DNA from: an uncultured delta proteobacterium
Lineage (GTDB): Bacteria; Desulfobacterota; Desulfomonilia; UBA1062
Assembly: GCA_963785235.1 (NCBI GenBank)
Contig: CAWAUM010000012.1
Location: 160,001 to 224,000, forward strand
Reading direction: 5' to 3'
DNA: 64,000 bases
This document shows, one piece after another, positions 18,493-28,485 of this stretch (position 1 is its first letter; each line of letters starts with the position of its first letter). Both the position numbers and the translations under genes were made by a program. The notes beneath the pieces were generated by a model that saw nothing but the letters and a program-made list of their open reading frames with translations, had not been told where the DNA came from and made no database searches.

Positions 18493-19764
18493 ATGAACCA
18501 GAAAACCACTGCGGGCCTACCAATAAAAACATCATCAGGCAAACGTCTCTCCGGTATTATCATGGACGATTATTTACAGCTCCACCAGAAGGCAGGCGAA
18601 GGCGCCTTTGTGGTGTGGATAGCCATTGTCGTTCCTGCCGAACTCTTTGCCGGGTTCGATAATGTTGTCTATGCAGTGCCTGAAAGCCATGCCGCCATGA
18701 GCGCGGGCAAGGGCGTAGGTGCGCTCCAGTGCGAAAAGGCCGAACAGGAAGGCTACTCGCCGGACCTGTGCTCATACGCAAAAATCGACCTGGGAACGGC
18801 CTTCAAAGGTGGCAGGGATTCCCCCTCTTTCGGCCTGCCCAAGCCGCACCTGCTGGTGAGCAATAACAACAACTGCTCGCTCCTTTCCAAGTGGTTCGAC
18901 GTCTACCACCGGCTCTGGGGAGTGCCGCACTTTATTCTGGATATCCCGTTCTGCTATGAGGAGCAGAAACCTCAGGACTTCGCATACATCAAAAATCAGT
19001 TTGGCGACCTGATCCGCACCATCGAAGGGCTCAGCGGCCAGAGATTCGACATGGACAAGGCCGGCGAGGCAGTGCGCTTTTCTGGCGCGGCATTAAAAGA
19101 ATGGAAGCGCTTCACCTCCCTTGCGGCCAACAAACCTTCTCCCATCACGGCCTTTGACTCTTTTGTACAGATGGCCCCCATCCTCACCTCCCGGGGCACA
19201 GAGCGACTTGCAGAGCACTACCGGCTGCTTGCGGACGAGACCGAAGAGCAGATGGCACATGGCATCTTCCCAGTGCCTGACGAGCGCTACCGCCTGCTGT
19301 GGGACAATATCGCCCCATGGCATCAGTTGAGGAAGATGTCGGCCAGGCTTGCCTCTCTCGGGGCCAATATCACAACAGCCAGTTACACCTATTGCATCGG
19401 CTCACTGGAGGGTGATTTCAACATCTATGATATTCACGGTCATGATCCACTTGACTGGCTTGCCAGGCTCCAGAACTTCTCGGTATGCCCCCATGGCATG
19501 ACGCTACGAGCCCGCGCCATGAAGCAGGCCATCGATCATAATGCCATTGACGGGGTGGTCTTTGCGAGCAACCGCAGCTGCAAGGTATATTCGCTCATGC
19601 AGATGGACCAGATGAAACATCTGCGGGATACTACCGGCATCCCGACCGTGATGATCGATGTGGACCATGCAGATGAGCGCAAATACAGCGAAGACGCGGC
19701 ATTCGTAAGACTGGAGGCCATGCTGGAAACCATCGAGGTTGGGAGATCATCCAACCGCTCCTGA
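18493..19764 (+). CDS. 2-hydroxyacyl-CoA dehydratase subunit (HgdA/FldB family)
   Basis: GYSPDLCSYAK, LPKPHLL..NNNC, KWF, NRSCK and RLEAMLE motifs; AAGGAG RBS before the ATG at 18493. Confidence 0.9.
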   Translation: MNQKTTAGLPIKTSSGKRLSGIIMDDYLQLHQKAGEGAFVVWIAIVVPAELFAGFDNVVYAVPESHAAMSAGKGVGALQCEKAEQEGYSPDLCSYAKIDLGTAFKGGRDSPSFGLPKPHLLVSNNNNCSLLSKWFDVYHRLWGVPHFILDIPFCYEEQKPQDFAYIKNQFGDLIRTIEGLSGQRFDMDKAGEAVRFSGAALKEWKRFTSLAANKPSPITAFDSFVQMAPILTSRGTERLAEHYRLLADETEEQMAHGIFPVPDERYRLLWDNIAPWHQLRKMSARLASLGANITTASYTYCIGSLEGDFNIYDIHGHDPLDWLARLQNFSVCPHGMTLRARAMKQAIDHNAIDGVVFASNRSCKVYSLMQMDQMKHLRDTTGIPTVMIDVDHADERKYSEDAAFVRLEAMLETIEVGRSSNRS

Positions 19765-19818
19765 TGTTGTTCCTGCGGGTAAAGCAAGGGGGGCACATTG
19801 CACATTCAACATCCGAGT

Positions 19819-20526
19819 CTAAGGCCCTTTGCCCTTCTTGTGAGCCCAGTATGCAAGGTCTGTCAGCGCCGTGGATTCCAGAAGGTAGTGTACATTATAC
19901 AGGAGAGACCTTCTCTGGATCTCCGCAATGAGTTCGACGGGATCACCAGTACAGGAGTTTGTTTCAGATCCAAGAGAAGAGACATATCCCCACATGTGCT
20001 GAAGCGCGTTTAAGAGCATACCCTGGCCGGGGTTGACCCTCAGGATCTCAACCAACGTTCGTGCAAGCCCCTCAAAATAGCCTCTCCCCTTCCTGCGGGA
20101 GGCCTCAGGTCCAATGCTTTTATAGAGCTCAGGGTCACGGGCCATAACCGAATACTTGTGATGGGCCCAGAGCTGTTGGCTGTTTTGCGGCAGGAGGATG
20201 CGGCCAGGATTTTTCATACGATACTTCTGTTCAAGTATAGAGAGCTGCCCTGCAGGAGGGTCGATGAACACCTCAGGCCCGGGTGATCCGGGAATGTCAG
20301 GTGCAGGACTCAGGTGGCGGTATCCCCTGAAATCCATCTCCTCAACCAGGCAATCATGCCTGGAGACAAGTGCCCCCAGGCAGTCTCGCCAGCGCATGGT
20401 CTCGGGGTGACGGGCATAACCCGACTTATGGTTTATGATGATGGAGAAGACGGCGTGCACCTCCCGGTGCTCGCCCAGCAGGCTTTCACGGTTCAGGTAT
20501 CCAGGGTGGATGTCCCAGACTCTCAT
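19819..20526 (-). CDS. Pyrimidine-dimer glycosylase/endonuclease V-like domain fused to DUF1722
   Basis: MRVWDIHPGYLNRESLLGEHRE..HPETMRW..EM..RGY.H; C-terminal WAHHKYSVMA and NALQHMWGY. Confidence 0.8.
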   Translation of the reverse strand: MRVWDIHPGYLNRESLLGEHREVHAVFSIIINHKSGYARHPETMRWRDCLGALVSRHDCLVEEMDFRGYRHLSPAPDIPGSPGPEVFIDPPAGQLSILEQKYRMKNPGRILLPQNSQQLWAHHKYSVMARDPELYKSIGPEASRRKGRGYFEGLARTLVEILRVNPGQGMLLNALQHMWGYVSSLGSETNSCTGDPVELIAEIQRRSLLYNVHYLLESTALTDLAYWAHKKGKGP

Positions 20527-20618
20527 GCCCTACTATACGACCCTGATCGTCAGGCTGGAGGTTCGGGCTATAGAGAACCTTGCCGCACCCAGGGCCTGTT
20601 GTTAAACGCCGGCAGCCT

Positions 20619-22474
20619 TTATTTCAGATTTATTGTTATGGTCGTTGCCTCTAATACCGAGCTGTCCTCATCAAAATCTCCCGTTGCTATCAACCCCTTC
20701 ACCGCTGCCCCGTCTATATGTCTTGTATCCAGGGCTGTGACAAAGTCCCCGAAGGCGGTGAAGAGCTGTATGGCGCTGCCCTGGGAGATAAAATACAATC
20801 CGCCGGAAGGTGCCGGCACGAGTGAAGGTGGCTGTGCAAGTGTATCCAGGTCAGTCACGACCCCTGAGCGTGAAATATGGTGAAACAATCCCACCCCGGT
20901 GAGGTCAAGGCTGAATCCTGCAGATGACATATCAATAATGGCTTCTGTTGATGCCGGATTCCAGGTGACATGCATTACTGCCGGGACATGAGAGACATTC
21001 ACCACTGTGCGTGCCTCGAAGTCTTCAGGGGCCTGACCGAAGGGTGTTGCAAACCCCCTTATCCTTACCGGTGTTCCTGCCTTCAAGGCCGACGTGTCCA
21101 GGGCAGAGGTGTCTATCTCATAATGATCCGGGTCAGCATCGTGAGCACTGTCGATTCCAGTGCCTGTGAAATCGAAGATGCTCATCTTTCGACCGTCAAT
21201 GGCCTGAAGATCGACAACGATGAAATCAGAGCCTTTACCGACAACGGTCCCCTAAGTGTCGAAAGCATCATCCGCACTGATCCGTTGCGGGCATCAAAGG
21301 TAACTTTGTCGCTGTCAGTTGATGCCGTACCAAAGGCAAGGATGCGCTGGCCCACCGATATGTCTGTGATGTCTCGCCTACTCGGCAGACAGCTGCTTGC
21401 TTACCTTGGTGTTATCGCCAAGCTTTATTGTCACGTCATCGTTGAAGACAACACTTCCTCCCGCACGCATGAGGGAGCCACCCTTTATGGTAAGTGTGTC
21501 TTCGCTGCGCTTGATCACGATGCCCCAGACAACATCGTGCTGCCCTCCCGGGACACTGGAGCCCGCATACACCTCCTGCGCCTCAAAGCGTAAAGGATTG
21601 TTCATCAGGGAGCCCATAACGATGATGGCCGTGTAGGCCGGCATGGTTGAGAGCTTTTCAAGGCCTGCACCACCCTGGTAAGATATGCCATCGATCTGAT
21701 ACACCGTAGTGCCTGTGGTGTTTACATCGAGTACACCGAACTTCTTGTCGCTGCCTGTCATGGCATGGATGAAAGGACGGACTATCACCTTGAACGACCC
21801 GGTGCCGAGATCCACGGAACCACGCTCAAGCGGACCCCGCACCCGGTGTATCTCCGGGATGTCTACATTGACCTTGGCCAGCAATACCGGGGTCACCGTT
21901 ACAACGGCCGTACTGCCGGTGAACCTGACCGTGTTGGAGGCTGCAAGATCAAAGTCCAGGTTCAGAGATGCCGGTATACCCGGCGCGATGATGAGGGAAT
22001 CATGGCTTTCCAGGCTTACATCAAGGGTAAGGGTTCTGATCGGGCTGCCGTTTTCATCAACAATGGAATCCACCCTGACTGCCTGACCTGATTCATCTTC
22101 CACCTGGATATCCGCACTGCCGTAGTCCAGCGTTACCTGGGCACTGACATACTCGCCGGTGGGAACCGTTGCAGCGGTGAGGAACTCGATCATGTCCGTA
22201 TACTGGGCGAAATCAACCCTGGTCTTGACGGGCAGCACATCCACCACAGCACCATTTTTCTTGGTGAGCGTCAGGGAGAGCACATCCACCGAGTATGCAA
22301 GGAAATCCCCCTCGTCATCCGTGATGCCGATAACAAGATTACTCTGGGCCTGAGAGTTCGTATTACTGCCACTGTCGCTGCTGCACCCTGCAAAGGACAT
22401 GAAAATGAAGCCTGCAAGAAACACGGTTAAGAAACCTCGAAAAGCCCTGAAATCCCTTCCATGCCATTAACCAT
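20619..22474 (-). CDS. DUF4382-domain lipoprotein (three apparent frameshifts)
   Basis: ORFs 21378..22424 (FAG-C lipobox, IGITDDEGDF, LDFDLAASN) and 20619..21185 are bridged by a short frame reading DISVGQRILAFG; shifts at ~22455, ~21380 and ~21250. Confidence 0.75.
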
Positions 22475-22564
22475 GTCAAATCCCTCCATTTGCGCATTGA
22501 TTCATTCGTAAACCCACTACGAGAACATGATCCCATCAGCGCCTTTTATCTTCACTGGCGCCAA

Positions 22565-23023
22565 TCATGGTACCGCCTGTCTCTGCCTGGGCCTGTCCCG
22601 TCTATTCTTTTTCATCTCCTCGAATTTCCCGGTGAGTATCCGGAAGCGCTCAGGCCCCAGGAGCTTCCTTGCATCGAGGATAAACTGAAAACGTTCAAAT
22701 GCGATCTTCTCACGCTTTTCCTCCACCCTCTTGAACTGGGCCTTGGCAGCCGATTCGTTAACCGGGTCCTTTGCAAGGATGTCCTCAAGTTTGAGCTGCT
22801 CCTTCTCGATATCGCTTCTCAGGTCAATGAGGGCATTCCGGTTCTTCGCAAACATATCGTCCAGCATCTGTTTCTCACGGTCCGTCAGCCCCATATCCTT
22901 GGAAAGCTCAGGCGATCTCCACCACCTTCCCGGGCCGAGGCCATCGGCATAGGCTTGAACAACCCCGAGGATCATTGCCGAGCATACCAGCATTCCGATA
23001 AGCATTCTCTTTGACATAGTCAT
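22565..23023 (-). CDS. Spy/CpxP-like periplasmic chaperone or metal-sensor protein
   Basis: Signal peptide; GRWW, MGLTDREK and LLGPERF (LTxxQ-like) motifs; helical and charged. Confidence 0.8.
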   Translation of the reverse strand: MTMSKRMLIGMLVCSAMILGVVQAYADGLGPGRWWRSPELSKDMGLTDREKQMLDDMFAKNRNALIDLRSDIEKEQLKLEDILAKDPVNESAAKAQFKRVEEKREKIAFERFQFILDARKLLGPERFRILTGKFEEMKKNRRDRPRQRQAVP

Positions 23024-23067
23024 ATTCCTTTATTTTTCTTTCAGGTCCTTTTTTGTATATACCCTTA

Positions 23068-23583
23068 TCAAGCATCCACCGGTGCTGCGAAGTCCAGAAA
23101 GTCATCATTATCATCCGTTGAGCCCGTGTCGGGGACGATCTCTTGCAGAGACGCAGGGAGGCCATTTTCCTCAATATCCTCGGTTGCTGCAATGAGCATT
23201 TCATCAGCTGCCGTCTCATCGGCGAGATTCAATTTACCATACGGCTGCAAATTGCCGGTAAACAGATGCGGCACGGTCAGGGTGATAACGAGCACAAGGC
23301 AGGCCGCCGCAGTAGCCAGGCCCACATACCATCTGCCAGCCCAGCCGCTGCCTCTGAGAACCTCTGCCTCGGGCAGGGCAAACCTTCTCCGGGGTTCAGG
23401 CGTAGATCTCATCGCCGCTTCAGAGAGTCCATGGAGCTCTGCGGCAAGATGGTGGCGGGAGGCAGAGCAGATGGGGCAGACCTTCAAATGCTCCCTTTCC
23501 TGTGCGGCCAGATCGTTCTCGTCAACGAGAGATGCGATTATCCGCTGTTCATCGAGATGGACGTTTCGGTTATTGTTCATCAT
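23068..23583 (-). CDS. Putative zinc-finger anti-sigma factor
   Basis: HLKVCPIC (HxxxCxxC), a single TM, and overlap with the ECF sigma stop codon. Confidence 0.8.
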   Translation of the reverse strand: MMNNNRNVHLDEQRIIASLVDENDLAAQEREHLKVCPICSASRHHLAAELHGLSEAAMRSTPEPRRRFALPEAEVLRGSGWAGRWYVGLATAAACLVLVITLTVPHLFTGNLQPYGKLNLADETAADEMLIAATEDIEENGLPASLQEIVPDTGSTDDNDDFLDFAAPVDA

Positions 23584-24182
23584 GCCTCCTCAGGGGCAGG
23601 ACCCAGGGAAAACCCCTCGTTCTTGAACTTTTCAATCGCCCGATAGAGATGGGTCTTCACCGAGCTCTCGCTGCTTTCAAGCGTCAAGGCGATCTCGGTT
23701 ATGCTTAAGTGATCGAGGAACCGCAGCCTGAATACCTCCTGCTGGAGTCTGGGCAGTTTCTTGATAAATTCATTGAAGCGGGTCCAGAACTGCTTCCCGG
23801 CCAGGTGATCATAACTGTCCGGTCCCATGTCGGGATAATCTTGCTCCTTTTCCTCCTGAGTGAAACTGAACAGGGAGGCGAACCTCTGCCTTCTGCGGAA
23901 ATCCTTAACCTTGTTCACTGCTATGCGATAGAGCCAGGCCTTGAAGAGCTCCGGGTCCCTGAGTGCACCCAGAGACCCGTATGCCTTCAGGAACACGTCC
24001 TGAACCAGGTCTTCTGCGTCTGTTCTTGACTGGACCCGTGCATACACCATGCGGAAAATACCCCCTTGATGGATCTCTACCAATTGCTCGAAAGAGCTCC
24101 GATTGCCTTCGATGGCAGCCCTGACGAGGATCTTGATATCTCTGAGCGCCTGTGTGTCATTGTTTCTTTCATCTTCCTGCAT
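23580..24182 (-). CDS. ECF-type RNA polymerase sigma factor
   Basis: DAEDLVQDVFLKA, FKAWLYRIAVN, EIALTL..SESSVKTHLYRA. Confidence 0.95.
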   Translation of the reverse strand: MQEDERNNDTQALRDIKILVRAAIEGNRSSFEQLVEIHQGGIFRMVYARVQSRTDAEDLVQDVFLKAYGSLGALRDPELFKAWLYRIAVNKVKDFRRRQRFASLFSFTQEEKEQDYPDMGPDSYDHLAGKQFWTRFNEFIKKLPRLQQEVFRLRFLDHLSITEIALTLESSESSVKTHLYRAIEKFKNEGFSLGPAPEEA

Positions 24183-24490
24183 CGCCCTAGCATTCTACCA
24201 GCACTTACGTGTTCCCGTCTGCCCTTTTTATGATTTGCTGTTATGTAAGACGCATCGGAATGGAAAATTGTCTACAAGGGATGACATCTTAAGTAACGCA
24301 TACCCGGATCATTGAGGTGCACACGATAAAGATACTTCAATATGAAAAAATGGACACGAGGGATCCCCTTGCTTATGTATTTGTAATGATCTTAGATAGT
24401 AATATACACAATGGACAGAATCAATGTCATGGCGATATCTATACTTTACCTTGGCCCTCTTTTCTGATGATTATGAAAAATAATCTGTAC

Positions 24491-24700
24491 TCTGGAAGAA
24501 GCATTGGCCTTGACACATGATCTTTTGCCTGAATCATTCTTACAATGTATGGCAAAGGCATTGAACAGGTATCGGGGGAGATAAACCTCGCCGAACTGTT
24601 TCCTCGAAAGCCCCATGGGTATACCGGGGAGACCCTGGAAAAGACGAGACTCAGTATGGGGTGCCCGGCGTCTGTAACCCGAGCCGTTATTATCCCTTAA
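24491..24700 (+). pseudogene. Possible decayed response-regulator receiver fragment
   Basis: Adjacent frames read LEEALALTHDLLP then IILTMYG..E....LAELFPRKP...ETLEKTR, similar to the C-terminal half of a REC domain; no intact start. Confidence 0.3.
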
Positions 24701-25641
24701 GAGGCCTTCTGGAAGACATACTCCTTGAAGTTCAATTTTTTCTTGATGACGCGGCGCATCTCCGAGCGTTTGAGCCATCTGCTGTAGATCCAGAACCACT
24801 GGTCCGGATGTTCTCTGACCACTGATGTCACCCAGGACTGTATGATGTCGCTCAGTTTCTGTATGGCTTCATCCCCTTCTCCGAACTGTGCCGCATCGAT
24901 CGCTTTGCCCCAGTAATAGTGGTAGGCACCCTTGACCTTCATGGTATGAACCGGCACGACCAGGGCCTTGCCCGTAAGAGCGATGTAGGCTGCAGCGGAT
25001 TTGGTGGGGGCCGGCATACCGAAGACATCGCAGTACACATCGTGTTTGCCGTCCCCCCGCGAGTCGATGATTATGCCAACTATCTTGCTGTCTTTCAGGT
25101 CATCGATAAGCCTGTTGAGCATACCCGAGGGCGGCAGGATAGCAACACCGCAGCGGGATCGGATATCCTTTATGATCTTCTCAAGCTTCGGGTCTTTGCG
25201 GATATCGACCATGATGCTGAACTGGAAGCCCAAAATTCTGGAGGCATTGAAGAGGATCTCCCAGTTGCTGATGTGGCCTGAGAATAACAAGACCCCCCTG
25301 CCGGAAGCCAGGGCCTCATCCAGGTTCTCTTTGCCCTCCACCACCACCCTGGCCTTGACCTCCTCATCGCTCATATATACATACCTGATCGTATCCACCA
25401 GGTTCACTGCCTGGTTCACGAATACCTTCAGCACGATCCGCCACGGGTTTGCAATTCCGAGGGCAGCGCGTATCTGGATCGTGGCAACCTTCCGGTGGAA
25501 CCCATCCACGAGGAAGGCCACGATGCCGAGAAACCGGAAGGAAGTCACCACGAGCGGATAGGGCAGGAATCGGATGAGCCATATGACGGCAAGGAATGCC
25601 CGGTACTCGAGCTCTTTGATGAGGGAAACAATGGATTTCAT
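24697..25641 (-). CDS. Lipid A/lysophospholipid acyltransferase (LpxL/HtrB family)
   Basis: GRGVLLFSGHISNWE (HxxxxE) and PDQWFWIYSRW. Confidence 0.9.
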   Translation of the reverse strand: MKSIVSLIKELEYRAFLAVIWLIRFLPYPLVVTSFRFLGIVAFLVDGFHRKVATIQIRAALGIANPWRIVLKVFVNQAVNLVDTIRYVYMSDEEVKARVVVEGKENLDEALASGRGVLLFSGHISNWEILFNASRILGFQFSIMVDIRKDPKLEKIIKDIRSRCGVAILPPSGMLNRLIDDLKDSKIVGIIIDSRGDGKHDVYCDVFGMPAPTKSAAAYIALTGKALVVPVHTMKVKGAYHYYWGKAIDAAQFGEGDEAIQKLSDIIQSWVTSVVREHPDQWFWIYSRWLKRSEMRRVIKKKLNFKEYVFQKAS

Positions 25642-25906
25642 CAAGGTTACGTCTCCATTCTGTCTAGTGTGTGTCTTAAGCCCGCACCTTCTCAGAAGGC
25701 ATCCTTTACGTTGCACATGGCGGTCTTATTCATAACATCAAATCACAGATTGATTATTTGGCTTTAAACCATACGATATGTATACAATCTATACCATTGC
25801 ATTGATTTCTGCGCTAACAATATCTTAGATAAGGATCAGTAAATAATATGTTTGCCTCAACAAAATTTACAATGCTATCGTTAATCAAACTATTAAGGAG
25901 GACCAC

Positions 25907-26383
25907 ATGAAAATCATCAACGTTCTGGTAACTGCAATACTAGTGATGTTATTAGTCACATCGAGTACTTATGCTGCCTCCTGTACAAAGGCCGATCTGG
26001 TCAAGGCGGTAGATCATGCGGCTGCGCTTATCAACTCAAAAGGGAAAGCCGCCTTGCCGGAGCTTAAAAAATCCAGATTCTGCGGAGAAGAGGGGTATGT
26101 TTTCGTAGTCCAGATGAATGGAATCAATGTCATGCACCCGATACAGAAGCTTGAAGGTAAGGACATGTCCATGCTGCAGGGAGCCAAGGGAGAATACTTT
26201 GGAGCAGAAATGAAGGCAAAAGCTGAGAAAGACGGTTCTGGATGGATATCCTATACCTGGGAAAACCCAACCTCCAAAAAGCTTGACGCCAAGTGCACCT
26301 ATATCAAGACAGCAACCATGGATGGAGTTAAAGTTTTTGTCGGTTCAGGGATATTTGGAATTACTGAAGGTGATTGTAAATAG
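25907..26383 (+). CDS. Secreted stand-alone single-Cache domain protein
   Basis: Signal peptide; YVFV, HP..LEGKD, GWISYTWENP, KCTY and VGSG motifs. Confidence 0.88.
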   Translation: MKIINVLVTAILVMLLVTSSTYAASCTKADLVKAVDHAAALINSKGKAALPELKKSRFCGEEGYVFVVQMNGINVMHPIQKLEGKDMSMLQGAKGEYFGAEMKAKAEKDGSGWISYTWENPTSKKLDAKCTYIKTATMDGVKVFVGSGIFGITEGDCK

Positions 26384-26420
26384 GGACATAATTAAAGCAT
26401 AAATTCATCTGCAATTCAGG

Positions 26421-26449
26421 GGGGGAGGATACAGTGAAGATCCTCCCCC
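26421..26449. terminator. Hairpin between convergent genes
   Basis: GGGGGAGGAT-N9-ATCCTCCCCC, a perfect 10-bp stem; no clear U tract. Confidence 0.55.
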
Positions 26450-26533
26450 TATCTCGTGCAGGTGTTTAGCGTATCGTCCTCTAATCTTCTTCGTGCCCTT
26501 CGTGGTGGAATGTATGTTCCTCCAATACCTTTG

Positions 26534-27034
26534 TTATCCGGCCCGCCCCGGCACATCCATGATCTTCGGTGTGTGTCCGGTCAGCGAGAGGAACCGCTCG
26601 ATGTCCTGCCTTGAGATCACGAGTGTGCTCGTGTTTACCAGGGGGTGGCACTGGATTGTATTGCATTGCCAGAGATCCTTATCCACGATGACCTCCACCC
26701 TGCCTGAAGGGTCGTTGAGAACGGACAGAATCGTCACAGAGCCCGGCGTGAGCCCCAGGTATTCCAAAAGGCGATCCGCAGAGGCAAAGCTCAAACCCTT
26801 TACTTCGAGCACCTCCTCAAGGCCCTTGATGTCAACGGCCTTTTCATCGCCCACCGTTACCAGGAAATGACGTCTGCCCTTGCGGTCGCGCAGGAATAGA
26901 TTCTTGGTCTTTGCCGCAGCGGTCTCGATGCCGAGCCGGTCCGCCTGTTCACAGGTGAACACGGCCTCGTGGTCGTAACGCTCATAGGGTATCTTATTCT
27001 GAAGGAGGAATTCATAGATGTCCATATCGCTCAC
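26534..27034 (-). CDS. YbaK/ProX prolyl-tRNA editing protein
   Basis: HEAVFT, KTKNLFL, LSFAS, LGLTPGSVT and HPLVNT motifs. Confidence 0.92.
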   Translation of the reverse strand: MSDMDIYEFLLQNKIPYERYDHEAVFTCEQADRLGIETAAAKTKNLFLRDRKGRRHFLVTVGDEKAVDIKGLEEVLEVKGLSFASADRLLEYLGLTPGSVTILSVLNDPSGRVEVIVDKDLWQCNTIQCHPLVNTSTLVISRQDIERFLSLTGHTPKIMDVPGRAG

Positions 27035-27141
27035 GTCTTTCTTTTACATGTACTTGGCCGATTTTTTATAAAAACACACACAGGCAACCACAATGGTTGC
27101 CCCTACAGATGCCGTGCATTATTTCGATTGCTAAAATCACA

Positions 27142-27813
27142 TCAGAAGCCGCACCAGGTGGTGAGGTTTCTGATGTCCTCCCTTGGGCTTTCGACCTGGT
27201 TGGCCGGAAAATCCCAGTCCGGATATCCTATGGCAATCGAGATAATAATGCGCTTTGTGTCCGGGACATTTATTACAGAGCGTATGTTCTCTGGATACAT
27301 CACGCCCTGATCCTCGATGCATGTACCAAGCCCATACTCAAGGGCGGCAAGGCATATGGTCTGCATAACCGCGCCCATGTCCATGAGCGGGCCTGCATCG
27401 GTGAGCGCGGTATCGGTGAGAAGTATAATGGCTGCAGGAGCATCAAAAAAGCGGAAACCCCTCTCCATCCAGGCAGCCCGCTTGGCCTTGTCCTCCCTGG
27501 GGATGTCCATACGATGGAAGATCCTTTTCGCCACTTCAACCTGCCGCTCGCGATACACGCTTTTGTCAGACCACCCGGTAATTGTATGCTCGGGATGTAT
27601 CATGACCCCGCTCTGGAGCATCCTTGCATTCCTAACAGCGATTTCTCTGAGCATGTCTCCCGCAATCACAAGGAATTCCCAGGGCTGGGTGTTCATGGTG
27701 GAAGGCGCCCTGCAGGCAGTCTGAAGGATCTTCTCCAGGACCTCCTGTGATACAGGATCAGGTTTGAAGCCCCGTATGCTTTTCCTGCTCCTTATGGCTT
27801 CTGTGATGTCCAT
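27142..27813 (-). CDS. Nitroreductase family protein
   Basis: RKSIRGF, APSTMNTQPW, GLGTC and IAIGYPD motifs. Confidence 0.93.
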   Translation of the reverse strand: MDITEAIRSRKSIRGFKPDPVSQEVLEKILQTACRAPSTMNTQPWEFLVIAGDMLREIAVRNARMLQSGVMIHPEHTITGWSDKSVYRERQVEVAKRIFHRMDIPREDKAKRAAWMERGFRFFDAPAAIILLTDTALTDAGPLMDMGAVMQTICLAALEYGLGTCIEDQGVMYPENIRSVINVPDTKRIIISIAIGYPDWDFPANQVESPREDIRNLTTWCGF

Positions 27814-27832
27814 TTATCCCCCTAAACCTTTT

Positions 27833-28408
27833 TCAGAACCGTTCAACAATGATTTCTTCAAGCGAGCGCTTGGGCACATGGTGAACGCCTTTATCATCCC
27901 GATGGTATTTGATGTCTACCCCTGGCCCAGCCGCCTCGATCCGGACCTCTTCTGCGGGTTTGCCCAGGGCAATGACAAGGAGGATTTCAAAATGTTCAGG
28001 GATATTCAGCGCTGCCATAAGCCCTTTCCTGTTGATGGCTGCGATCATGCACCCGCCGAGCCCCTGTTCCACAGCACCCAGGAGGATGGTTTGGGCTGCA
28101 ATCCCGTGGTTGCACCAGAAGTTCGTTGTTATTTGTGTGTCTCCTAAGATTATGATGTAGGCAGAAGGCCTCTGGCCCTCATCAGGGCCCGGCCAGTCCT
28201 TGAGGTATGCGGCCCATCCGAGATGGGGGAATATGGAGGCATTCGTCATCGTATCGGCAGAAACAAAAAATTTGAGTGGCTGCATATTGGCGGCCGAGGG
28301 AGCCAGGCGTGCAAGGTCTACCCATGCCTTGAGCTCATCTTTCGTGATCGTATGGTCCTGGTAAAACCGCCGGTATGATCTGTTCCTTATGACAATATCA
28401 CGTAACAT
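27833..28408 (-). CDS. Nitroreductase family protein
   Basis: RSYRRF, APSAANMQP, GLGGC and VPKR motifs. Confidence 0.93.
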   Translation of the reverse strand: MLRDIVIRNRSYRRFYQDHTITKDELKAWVDLARLAPSAANMQPLKFFVSADTMTNASIFPHLGWAAYLKDWPGPDEGQRPSAYIIILGDTQITTNFWCNHGIAAQTILLGAVEQGLGGCMIAAINRKGLMAALNIPEHFEILLVIALGKPAEEVRIEAAGPGVDIKYHRDDKGVHHVPKRSLEEIIVERF

Positions 28409-28485
28409 AAATTACCTCCCTGCCTTTTGTGGGAATTGATTTATGCCGCTTCTTCCCTGAAAGGTATTGCACCCGAATGCGCCCC

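Noticed and set aside
21378-21380. TAG read-through (pyrrolysine)
   Set aside because: The downstream coding continues in a different frame, so this is a frameshift.
24585-24690. Riboswitch/ncRNA-like GC-rich stems
   Set aside because: No convincing match to motifs I know (c-di-GMP, c-di-AMP, 6S), and not placed as a leader of any gene.
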